A stretch of 63,737 nucleotides of DNA, the filler included, from Reticulomyxa filosa (taxonomy: Eukaryota; Protista; Foraminifera), in NCBI GenBank assembly GCA_000512085.1. It is 16 parts of 16 records of this genome, joined end to end, with 100 filler letters (N's around TTAATTAATTAA, not from the genome) between each part and the next. Parts side by side here need not be neighbours in the genome. Positions count along the whole stretch, not along the records: positions 1 to 8,744 come from ASPP01009090.1; positions 8,845 to 15,349 come from ASPP01046585.1; 14 more parts are not named here. One strand, given 5' to 3'. The notes beneath the pieces are model-generated. The model was not told the origin of the DNA. It was given only the letters and a program-made list of their open reading frames with translations, and did not search any database. Shown here in pieces: positions 1 to 10,699 of the stretch. The position numbers and the translations under genes were made by a program. The stretch's first letter is position 1. Every line of letters begins with the position of its first letter.

Positions 1-1
1 T

Positions 2-3000
2 TTTAATCAAGTGTTTGACATTGGAAGATTCACCATTTTGTGTGAAAACTCCACCAAATTGCAAACAGCAGTGGCAGTGATGAAGAAAGCGGAAGAATTT
101 AATTTGGTTGTTTCCGAAGATAAAGACTTCTTTGTCAAACAATCGAAAACACATCATCGCTTTCATAACATCAAACTGTACGTTCCAAAACACGATGTGT
201 ATGTGGAGATGCAGGCCACGCTAAAGAATTTCACGACATTGGAGGGATACACTGTCATTGAAAATCCAAAATTGAGTCATTTATTTTATGAATTGATCCG
301 AGCATGGAAACCGAGTGACTCCAAGGAAGAGGAGTTGAAGCAGTCCAGTGACGACACCTTGGCCAAGATCAATGATATCATTTGTGAATGGATCAATGAA
401 AAGGAGATTAAAAAGATTGCCAGTCGTTACAAAGCTCATTCAGAGATTGGCATTTTGAAGCCTCCGCAATTGAATCATCATCATCATCACATCATCATCA
501 TCATTCAAATGAAGTGGAAACCACTTGGAATGCATTTGTTAAATTGGCCACATTTGTGTATAAACATCTATGCACATTCACTCCCGAGAAAATGAAAGGC
601 AAAGCTATCTATGTAATCTTGTTCGAGTATTACAAAAAATGGATCATTGGAGACAAACATCCGGCAACTCGCGCAGATGTCGCGCTAATGCTGCAAGAGG
701 CGAGAAGAAGGGAAATTCGAGAAGATGCGACAGTGTCACAGGCAATTAGCACATACATTCCATTGCAAGCAAATAATTATCCTCATATTGATGGCACTAG
801 CAATGATGCATACGACTGCCATCAACATGTGATGGAGTTTTTGAAAAAAGATAGCCAACATCGAGAAGTAATGGTGTTGCAGGGGAAATCTGGCTCGGGC
901 AAAAGCTTGTTTTGTCGTTTCTTGGAAAAGACATTGTGGGAAGATTATTCCAATGGATTAACCAAAATCATGCCCATTTTCATATCTTTGCCGAAATATT
1001 ACAATGCGCAAAATGAAAGGAAATTAATATCTCAAGCATTGCAATCGAAACAGATCGGTGATGATGATATGATTGACATCATTCGTGAAAGCATCTCATT
1101 TGTGTTTATCTTTGATTGCTTTGATGAAATATTTGATACATATAATAAGCATTCGCACGATGACAATGAGCGATATTTTTTTGAGCGCTTTGATCTTGGC
1201 CAATGGAATGCCAAAGTCATTGTTACGTGTCGAAGCAATGCATTGAATGAAGAAGATAGCAAAGCCACTTTGATTCGCTCCACTCCAATGTACAGTACGT
1301 CAGTGGTTTATTTGTGGCCTTTTTCTACGCGTCAAATGCATCTCTTTGTGGAAAAGTTTGTAAAGTTGACAAAAAAGAATAAAAGTAATGCAAACTGGAC
1401 ACCACAGCAATATATCAAAACATTGGAGAAATATCCGAGTTTGCACAAAATGGTGGAAGAGCCCTTTTTCCTTTGGATCATTCTTAGTGTTTTGCCGTCT
1501 TTGATTGAGCGACATAGTATTGGAACTGTTATTTCGAAAGCGCAAGTGTATGAAGCATTCAATGAACAATGGATTGACATTCATGTCCAAAATATCTGTA
1601 CAAAATTGGCCGAGCTGCGTGTGCAGACCAATCCCAAAAAAATGAAATTGTCATTACAAAAATATTGTGAAGACTTGGCATTTGAAATGTTTTTGCAAGG
1701 CCATCAAGTTGCAATTGAGAGTAGTTTGGAATTCGAAATGGATAGCACAGAAGATTCAAAGGAGAGCCAACAGGATATATTGGAAATCACTGACTCCAAA
1801 TCTGAAACCCTCCCAAAAATGCACGAGCATTGGCAGCAGTATTTCAAAGGAGACAGTATCGCCAAATGTGTATTGAGGAGGATTGGTGACAATCAATATA
1901 CATTCCTGCACAAATCGTGTCAGGAATATTTCGCGGCACATAAGATAATTAAGAATATTATCGAATGGAAGCCTATTATGTCGAGTATCGGCAATGAAGA
2001 GTATCAGAGACAATTCGGGACTTGTGTGCAAATGTCTTATCTAAATCAAAAGCTGCTCAATGACGAAATTGCTATTATTCAATTCATTGCCGAAAGAGTT
2101 CATGAAAAGCAATCAAGTTTTTCCCATTTGCAGTCCCGCTTGTTTCGTATTATCGAATCTTCAAAAGCCAATGACCATGTTTGCATTGCAGCAGCAAATG
2201 CCGCCACTATTCTTAATTCCGCCAGGGCTAATATTCATCATCAAACTTGGGACAATATAAAGATCCCGCATGCAATCCTTGACCATGCCTTCCTCGAAGG
2301 AACAGATTTCACAAATGCAAACTTAGAGCATGTCAGTTTTGTGCAAGCACTTTTGAAAAAAGCCAATTTCCAGAATGCATCAATGAATCAGGCCTTCTTT
2401 GGCGAGTATGCCAATATTGGAGGCCATAAAAATGTGGTGACAGCAGCCGAATTTTCTCCCGACGGCAAAACTATAGTGTCATCTTCATGGGATCGCAACA
2501 TCCGATTATGGGATGCAATGTCTGGACAAGAGATCAGAGCCATATCCGGACATGAGCATTTCGTAACGCGAACGCATTTTTCACCAAATGGTCGCACAAT
2601 TATATCGTGCTCCGAAGATCAGACCATTCGAATATGGGAAGTTGCATCGGGACAAGAGATAAGGAAATTCGTCGGACATGACGGTCCGGTGACGGAAGCC
2701 AAATTCTCATCGGATAGCAGCAAGATTGTGTCGTGTGCTTTTGATCAAACAATTCGATTGTGGGATGTGCAATCAGGAAGAGAGCTGAAAAAATTGGAAG
2801 GACACTCCAGCTTTGTGGCAGGAGTGCAATTTTCTCCAGATGGTCGTACGATTGTGTCGTGCTCGGATGATCAAACGATTCGAATATGGGATGCCACAAC
2901 AGGAGTAGAGCTGAGAAGATTAGAGGGACATACGACCTCAGTCACGGCCGTGCAATTGTCATCTGATGGACAGGTCATCATTTCATGCTCTTTTGATCAA

Positions 3001-4401
3001 ACAATTCGATTATGGGATGCATTCACAGGAAAAGAAATACAACGATTTGAAGGACATACGGGCCCTGTGACAGATGCGCAAATGTCACCGGATAATCAAA
3101 TGGTCGTGTCAGGATCGTGGGATCGAAGCATTCGAGTATGGCACATTGCATCAGGACGGGAGGTGCAAAGATTGGAGGGACATGTTGGCGGTATAAGGAC
3201 AGTCCAATTTTCCTTGGATAGTCGCACCATTTTGTCTTGCTCCGACGATGCCACCATTCGCAGATGGGATGTGATATCCAGGAGAGATATTCAAAAGATG
3301 GAGGGACATTCAAACGTTATCACAAATGCACAATTTTCATCAAATGGAGCCACTATTGTGACATGCTCATTCGATCAGACTATTCGTCTGTGGGATGTGG
3401 CATCCGGACGAGAAATACAAAAATGCGAAGGACATTCACATTATATTACGGCAATACACTTTTCACCCGATGCAAGTATGCTTGTATCATGCTCTGCGGA
3501 CAAAACAATTCGACTTTGGGATATTCAATCTGGATCGGAATGCAAACGCTTTGAGGGACATAATGGAATTGTCACAGCAGCACAGTTTACACCAGATGGT
3601 CAAACGATTGTATCGAGCTCTTGGGATCGAACAATTAAAATTTGGGATGTTGCATCAGGTCAAACATTGAAAACAATAGAGGGACATTCCGATGGTGTTA
3701 GAGGTGTTCAAGTCTCATCTGATGGTCGTACTGTCGTGTCTTGCTCCGATGACAAAACAATTCGGATATGGGACCTTGCATCTGGATTAGAGATAAAGAG
3801 GTTTGAAGGACATGCAAACATTGTCACAAAAGCACAATTTTCTCCAGATGGTCGCTCCATTATTTCATGCTCTTTTGATCAAACAATCATCTTATGGGAT
3901 GTAAATACTGGAAAGGAGTTGAAGAAATTCGAAGGACATTCAAATGTTGTGAGGAGTGTGCAATATTCTCCACACAGCTCTATTATTGTATCTTGTTCGG
4001 ATGATAGGACAATTCGCTTATGGGACATAGCTTCCGGATTAGAAATATACCAGTTTGAAAAGTTCACAGATTACTTGACAACTGCTCAATTTTCTCCTGA
4101 TGGTCGTAACATTGTCTCATGCTCATGGGATCAGACAATTCGCTTATGGGATATTGCCTTTGGTGTTGAATCAAATCATGTGGAGACTGCCACATCTCAG
4201 AATTTACTGGATGGTCGTGACTTGTTGTCTTCTTCTGCAAGTACTTCCACTCAATCATTAAAAGTCCTATCGGTAAAATTGAAATGGCAAGGTGGAATGC
4301 AAAACTGTGGATTGTCAATGATTGACAGTTTTTGGAAAGATGTGCGTGGATTGGACCAGCAACAAGAGTTAGTTGTCAAGCAACGAGGTGGGATATTATG
4401 A
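2..4401 (+). CDS. NLR/STAND-like protein: N-terminal RelA/SpoT-like nucleotidyltransferase + NACHT + pentapeptide repeats + 14 WD40 repeats (5'-partial; 1-nt frameshift near 489)
   Basis: Frame 2 is open from the window start and carries DIGRFTI, KDFF, VEMQAT and SHLFYELIR motifs. It joins frame 1 inside (CAT)4-CA-(CAT)5 at 476-504. NACHT motifs: Walker A GKSGSGKS, Walker B FVFIFDCFDE, sensor IVTCRS, WHD FLHKSCQEYFAA. Pentapeptide-like segment LDHAFLEGTDFTNANLEHVSF. Fourteen 42-aa GH...WD repeats. Confidence 0.88.
2422..4152 (+). repeat. Tandem array of 14 WD40-coding units of about 126 nt
   Basis: Repeated GH-x-x-x-V-x-x-x-x-FSPDG-x-x-IVSCS-x-D-x-TIRLWD pattern with 42-aa periodicity. Confidence 0.9.
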
Positions 4402-4790
4402 TTATCTTTTTTTTTTTCTCTTATATTTTATTCCAAATGATTTTGTGATAATTTTTTCATTCTCGCAGAACTCTAATATTATCGGTCAATTTTTTCCTCC
4501 CAAAAAAAACTTTGGTGCTTGAAATTTAATACAGTAAGGCTGCTTTCAAGTAAAAGTTTTCATTTACTAGTCTTAAGTAATAAAAAAGCAACAACTTGCC
4601 TATTTTACATTGTCTCTATGTGAAGACAAATAAATAAAAGATATACGCGTACATATCTTGCAATCTCGAAAGAAAAGCCCAAGACCGATTGGTTTCTGTT
4701 TGAACCACAAAGAGCCAAAGCACAGCGTCTTGGGCCAGGATTCCAACAAAGAGATTGTTCAAAAAAAACCAAGCACGGCAATATTCAGCC

Positions 4791-6019
4791 ATGAAATCAG
4801 AAATATGTTCAAATGATGTCTCACAAAGTCATGCCTTTACCAAATATTTGGGCACTTTATTGAGTGTAAACGTTTTTTTGTTTCCGTTTCAAACCTTGTT
4901 GTGTGTGTACTCGTTGTATCACTTGATTCGATTGCAAAAGCAAGCCAGCAAGTTGCTTGTGTATTCTGCTATACTTTATCACGTATTTGCGTGGATATAT
5001 AACGCGCAAACAGCGATATCGTATTCCGTCGGATTAAAGTACATGTGGACTTTGCACTGGTCCGGTTTTTGTGTCTTGACAAAGTTGAATGACTTTCTGT
5101 CCCCTGTTCTTTTCTACGCAATGGGGATCGTATTTTGGTTTCAACGCTTAGGTGTTTATATATATTTTTTTGCTTATGTACGTATACAAGGACCATAACA
5201 AAACTATGTTGCCAACATGCAAGGAAGAAAAAAAAAAAAGCGTACTTTTTTGCCCCCTTTCAATATTCTTTTTTTTTTATAAAAAAAAAAAAAAAAAAAA
5301 CGTATACACAAAAAATAGTGGCAGTATTCGAACCCTCAACATTACGGATAAGTAAACTGAAAATTGTGATATTTTATGTGCTGCTGGCATTGCTCATCAC
5401 ATTCACGGTATGTTGTGCCGTTTTAATAAGTGTTGGACACTCGTGCGTGTTTGAAGTGCAATCAGGGGATTTTGATCCGTACGGCGAAAAGGTATATTAC
5501 GGATGTTCAAGAAATGGATTTTTGACGATGCTGTTGACCTTCAGCGGAGCTGTGCTCATCTTTGTTTTCAATACAGTCATTGCGTGGATGTACCTGAGTC
5601 GGCTCGTGGGGATCTCACGTGCACTGGATCCATTCAACAGTGTATCACAAACGATATCGACAGACAAAAAAGGTCAAACATCGGACATTACAAGCAAGGT
5701 CGAAGCCAATGAATATGCTCCTTCTTCGTACACTTCACGTTTTGAAATCGAACAGATTCGGAAATCCAGTCTTATCGCGGTGACTAGTATCCTCGGCTCC
5801 TTTGTTATGCTTGTCATTATTGCCATTTGGAGTAATCTTGGATTCCTCATGCTCTTCGATGGGTTCGCAAATGGGGTATTTATCTCGTGTTCTTTTGCCT
5901 TTGGAAACAGCATCTATTCGGTTGTGTTTGGTTGCTGTGATCGCGTCTTTCGGCCCTCTGATCGTAGATCTACCGTGGAACTCTTTCACAGAGCCGCTTC
6001 GGCAACCTCAAGTGCTTAA
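4791..6019 (+). CDS. Multi-pass (about 7TM, GPCR-like) membrane protein, 2 exons
   Basis: ORFs 4755..5198 and 5135..6019 join in frame through a GT-AG intron at 5152-5318 (WFQRL|VAVFEP). About 7 hydrophobic segments, with a Cys pair after the last helix. Confidence 0.7.
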
Positions 6020-6368
6020 TTCTTTGAGCGAATCTTGTTTTTTTTTTTTGTTTTCGTTTGTTATCATCAAGCAAGTGTTTTTTGCTATGTTAACTTGCAT
6101 GCATGATCTTTTGAAGGAAACGTGTAATGTACATATTTGACTGGCCAAGCTTGTTTATCGTGGACATTTTTTTTTTTGGTCAAATGATCGTGTTGTACTG
6201 ATTAACATCTCATTTTAAATGCAAAAAAGAAGAGTCAATTGAATATTGTTCTTTTTTTTTTCTTTTGTGCTGTACCCCTTTTAGTATAAAACGTTTAATT
6301 AAAAGTTCCCATAAATTTCTTGAAAAAACTTCACACGCGAACACTACCTCACCCAACAACAAAAAAAA

Positions 6369-6789
6369 TCACAATTTTAGCGTAAACACTGTGGCAACAG
6401 CTTGAACTGTTTCATTATTCCATACAACACTGCAACAACGATCAGTTTTTGCATCCCAATAACAACTCACGCTGCTATGGAAGCCTGCACCAACTCGTTG
6501 ATTAATAGCAATGGACACAATATATCTTTTTTTTTCCCCAGGACAAACAAAATGTTAGAGCAATTCATTTCCAAAAAAAAGCAACACAACTGCACAACTT
6601 GAATGGTTTGTTCAAGGCGGTTAGATTCTGGAGTGTAAACTCTGCCACTTTGTTTATCCATTGAGCGACTAGTTTGTGGTTGTAAAACTCCTTGCCTACA
6701 ACGTTTTCGAAGCTGTCGTTGAGAATCTTTTCAACTGCAGATGGATCTATCATCAATTCTTCATCTTCTGGCAATAATTCCTCAGCCAT
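6369..6789 (-). CDS. DYNLT1: Dynein light chain, Tctex-1 type, 2 exons
   Basis: Removing intron 6526-6598 gives LNKPFKYIVSIAINQRVGAGFHSSVSCYWDAKTDRCCSVVWNNETVQAVATVFTLKL*, the Tctex-1 signature (KPFKYIV, GAG.H, CYWD..TD). Confidence 0.92.
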
Positions 6790-7156
6790 TTTGGAGAGTA
6801 TGCAGTATTTGAAATTTGCTTTTTTTTATTTTATTTTATTTTGTAAGTAGAATTCGCGTTTGAGTTTGAGTTGACGCAGCTACAACAACGTAAGTTGCTA
6901 TTCAACAAGTGTTGAGAGAAAAAAAAAAAAAAAAGGAAAAGCAAAATACAATATATTTCGGATGGTTTAAGATTAGACCCAACCCTATTAAATTTTTTTT
7001 TTTGTTCGTGCAGCTGACAAGTTTACAAAAATACGATTAGTTCCCCAGAAAAGGCATTTGGGAGACATTTGCAAGAAACAAAGTGACAAAGATGACAGAA
7101 CATGAATATTGTTAACATGATACAAATAAGAAGTAAAACAATGAAATGAAAAAAAT

Positions 7157-7990
7157 TTAAATCATTTTTTTATGTTGTCCAATTCTTTGCATTTCAAGTT
7201 CTTTGAGTCTCATGGCCTCCGGATCGTCAAATTTCTCAGAGCTCCTCATGTACTTGATTTCTTCCAAAAGTCTTCCTGGAACATTCCAACGGTTTAACTC
7301 TTCGATGTCCAGATGAGTGGATCGATAAGTGCCAATGGCAGCGCCTAAAGCACCGGTGCTGCAAAGCCAAATGCCCTTGGCCCACCAAACAATGCTTAGT
7401 TTTCCCATTGCAAGCAACGCCAACACACCAGAACCAATTCCAATACCTGCGCCAATGTATCCATATCGACGCTTCCGTTTATCCATTCGTCGAATAAACA
7501 TTGTTTCCATTTCCGAGTAAGGTTCTTTCAAGTCATAACTTTTCTGGATGCTCAATGGTTTGTTTGTTATAAAATCGGCCTCTGCCATTCGATCATCTTT
7601 CGTACCGACTGCCTTTTTTTTTTTTTTCGTGTGTGTCTCGATAGTGTACTTTCATTTGTTTTGTGTTTTGCACTAAACTTGCGCTTGCTCATAAAATCGA
7701 TGATGGTCTTTTAACATTAGAAAGTGAAACTTTATTGGAAATATTACACAAAATCCAACAATTCCATGGGCCAATGAGCGGATGGCTTGTCCTCCTGTGT
7801 GATAAAACGCCAGAAATGACACTAAACTTGCGCTCACAAAACTCCAACGAAATGAGTTCAAAATTGGCTTTTGATGCAACGTCTTTTTCATTAGTCCCCA
7901 TTGGCTCACATTCTGCTTTCTATGTTGTTGTATATCGTACGCTGATGGTGATAATGGCACTTCTGTCAAACTTTTTGTTGCAGATGCCAT
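7157..7990 (-). CDS. Hypothetical membrane protein of about 255 aa with 4 TM segments, 2 exons
   Basis: ORFs 7673..7990 and 7157..7588 join in frame through a GT-AG intron at 7613-7678 (EQAQ|AVGTKDDRMAE). Two pairs of hydrophobic helices. Confidence 0.65.
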
Positions 7991-8291
7991 TTGCTTTTGT
8001 TGATAATAATTATTTTTTACTTTCTACGTTAAAAAAAAAAAAACCACCGAACTTATTTTATATTGAATTATTTTGAGATAATTTAAGTGGAGAAACAGTT
8101 AAAAGAACAGTACTTGTTAATAAAGAAAGGGAAGACTCTTTAATTGGCACAAGCAAAAGAATAGCACCCAAAGGATAAGGGAGTTGCAAGTTTTGTAACT
8201 CGCATGTTGGCTTGCATCTTGAATTGATAATAGGACAAAAGAAAAAAAAAAGACAAACCTGTGCCAATTAAAGAAATATAGAAAAAAAGAC

Positions 8292-8615
8292 ATGTCATCA
8301 GACCGACCTCCTTCTCCTAGCTATAGCTCAAGCATGAGCTATGGCGGGTACGGTGGACGAACGCGCTCAGGCGGACGTTCGATGATGAAACAGCAAAAGA
8401 AGACACTGAGTGAGCAGTTGAAAGACTTTATATCATTGCCAGCGAACCGGTTTTGTGCCGACTGTTTCGCAGCAAACCCGCAGTGGTGCGCACTGACGCA
8501 TGGAGTGTGTATATGTGAGAACTGTGCGGGTGTACATCGAAACTTGGGCACACATATATCGATTGTCAAGTCATTGGTGTACGACAATTGGACTGAGGAA
8601 ATGTTTGAAAAACTA
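8292..8615 (+). CDS. ArfGAP-domain protein (first exon; 3'-truncated by contig end)
   Basis: NRFCADC-x16-CENCAGVHRNLGTHISIVKS is the C4 zinc finger plus arginine finger of ArfGAPs. Confidence 0.92.
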
Positions 8616-8708
8616 GTTTTGTTGAAAAAAAAATTTTTTTTTGAAGAAGAGGGGGGGGGAGGGGGAGGGGGAAAGGGAGAGAATAAAAACTTTTTATATT
8701 TTCAAAAC

Positions 8709-8744
<36 letters not shown>

Positions 8745-8844
8745 NNNNNNNNNNNNNNNNNNNNNNNNNNNNNNNNNNNNNNNNNNNNTTAATTAATTAA
8801 NNNNNNNNNNNNNNNNNNNNNNNNNNNNNNNNNNNNNNNNNNNN
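8745..8844. other. Artificial contig linker (first of 15; others start at 15350, 17697, 20544, 27555, 31371, 36486, 41952, 45773, 49774, 55187, 56416, 58396, 60626, 62246)
   Basis: Identical 44N-TTAATTAATTAA-44N blocks with stops in all six frames. Genes are cut at these points. Confidence 0.97.
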
Positions 8845-10179
8845 TAGCGCCAACTATTGCACCAACCCTAAAATCAATTACTATAATACAAATCGTAATC
8901 ATAAATATGGACAGTCAAATTTGTGGATACTTAACAGGATTTGCAAAAATAATGAATTTGGAGCATTGGATATTCGTGGTCACCTTTCAGTTAATTTGTG
9001 TATCTTTTTTTCAATTCAAAAAATAAATAACCAAGAAAAAAATTGATAGAAGTATGAAATTTTTTAAAAATTTGTATGACGTATACAAATATAAAATATA
9101 AATAGATATGGACATGGCATGTGCACAACGTTGTGCTTGAACACTTGGAAAGTCCAAAACAGTGACACAACAGCCAAGACAATGCGCGCACTAATATTGT
9201 GAGTTATGGCTTGGACTTTTCAATAGTCCTGGCAGCATGTTGGCTTATGACGAGCCAGGTGTGAATGAGATATTATATATCCATGCACACTAATGCACCA
9301 GGTAATTGTTCGTCCAAGTGGAAGAACTCGCAGTAAGTGTTGAAAGGGAGTAATTGGCTGGTTTATGCTCCACTTGGCCATAATTTATTCGGAGGGGAAA
9401 TCAATGTGTTGAGCACATCTCCACCAACAACGGCCCGCAAATTGAGGCGATAAATTGCCTATACACAACGACGTCCGCGCCCGCAGCAACAAGCAACAGG
9501 TAAGCACACTAAACTACGACACGACCAATTTGTATATGCCAACAATTTACATAACATAAGTATATATTTGGACACTTTTTTTTATATGCAGAATTATCCA
9601 CAAAAACAACGTATAACTTGATGATGTATATGCTATACACATTATTGAAAAATATATATAGACAAAGCGCTCCAACGATGATCCAGTTGCAACAAGAAGA
9701 AAGAGGGGTAGAAGCCAACCCCGTCTCCGAAAGTAGTTTCAAATGTTTGTTCTATCTTTATATATATATATATATATATATATGTCAATGTGTTGTGTGT
9801 TTGTGCACAGGAGTCCCCCGCCAGAAACAGTTACATATCCAATCCACACAAAACAAAACATTAGGGTCGAAGGCCGTCCGGTGTGCAAAATAAGGAATAA
9901 TGGTTTGTTATATTCTATATATGTTTATCTTTCTTTTGTTAAAATAATGTGATTGTGTGTATATCATAAATAGGAATTCCCCTTCACAAAGAAAAAAATA
10001 TGTTTGTATTCTTTCGTCCCCCCCCTACTCCATACACAGAACAAAAATATGTTGAGTGTTTGCACAGTGAAAAAAATCGAGATGAAGTTGGAATTCTATT
10101 TTTGCAGGTAAATATATTTTCTTGTGTTCTATAAAAACATAAAAAATAATTTGTTGTTTGTGTAATAGGTGACCAGGAT

Positions 10180-10440
10180 CAAAAAGAAAAAAAGAACTTT
10201 TAGAAAAGTGGTGATGGGAAAAAATAGAGAAATAAAAAAGGGAGAAAAAGATAATAGAAAAAAGGGGAAAATTGAAAATTGGAAAAGGGGGAAAAAAGAT
10301 ATAATTGGAAAAAAGGAGGGGAAAATAGAAAAAAAAGATGATTGAAAAAAATGGAAAAAAAAAATAAGAAAAAGAAAAAAATAGAGAAAAAAATATGATA
10401 AAAAGAAGAAGAAAAAAAAATAAGGAAAATATAATTGGAG
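10180..10440. repeat. Low-complexity A/G-rich tract
   Basis: Runs such as ggaaaaaaatagagaaataaaaaagggagaaaaag. The overlapping Phe-rich ORFs are spurious. Confidence 0.7.
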
Positions 10441-10699
10441 TATTGACTCCAAAAATCGTTTCTATCCTAGAGGATAGCACAACAATTAGTTAAGTAATAA
10501 AAATATTTTTTTTATATGTTTAACTTGTTTCAACAAAAAAAAAATAGATTGAAATCGTGGCAGCGAACAAGTTCCGATATTTAAAAATAATTACAAATCA
10601 CACTTTCTTATCACTTTGCATCTGACTTTGCGCTTATTCATTTTTTTTGCAACACTAAAATACGTATTGCTTTTTTGAATATAGGCGGCAAGGAAAAAC

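Noticed and set aside
1032-4318. Many short antisense or alternate-frame ORFs over the NACHT-WD40 gene and other real genes
   Set aside because: Shadow ORFs with no motifs, fully explained by the main reading frame.
2-4401. Bacterial contaminant origin of the intronless NACHT-pentapeptide-WD40 gene
   Set aside because: The same contig continues without a linker into intron-containing eukaryotic genes (Tctex-1, ArfGAP). Ancient horizontal transfer is not excluded.
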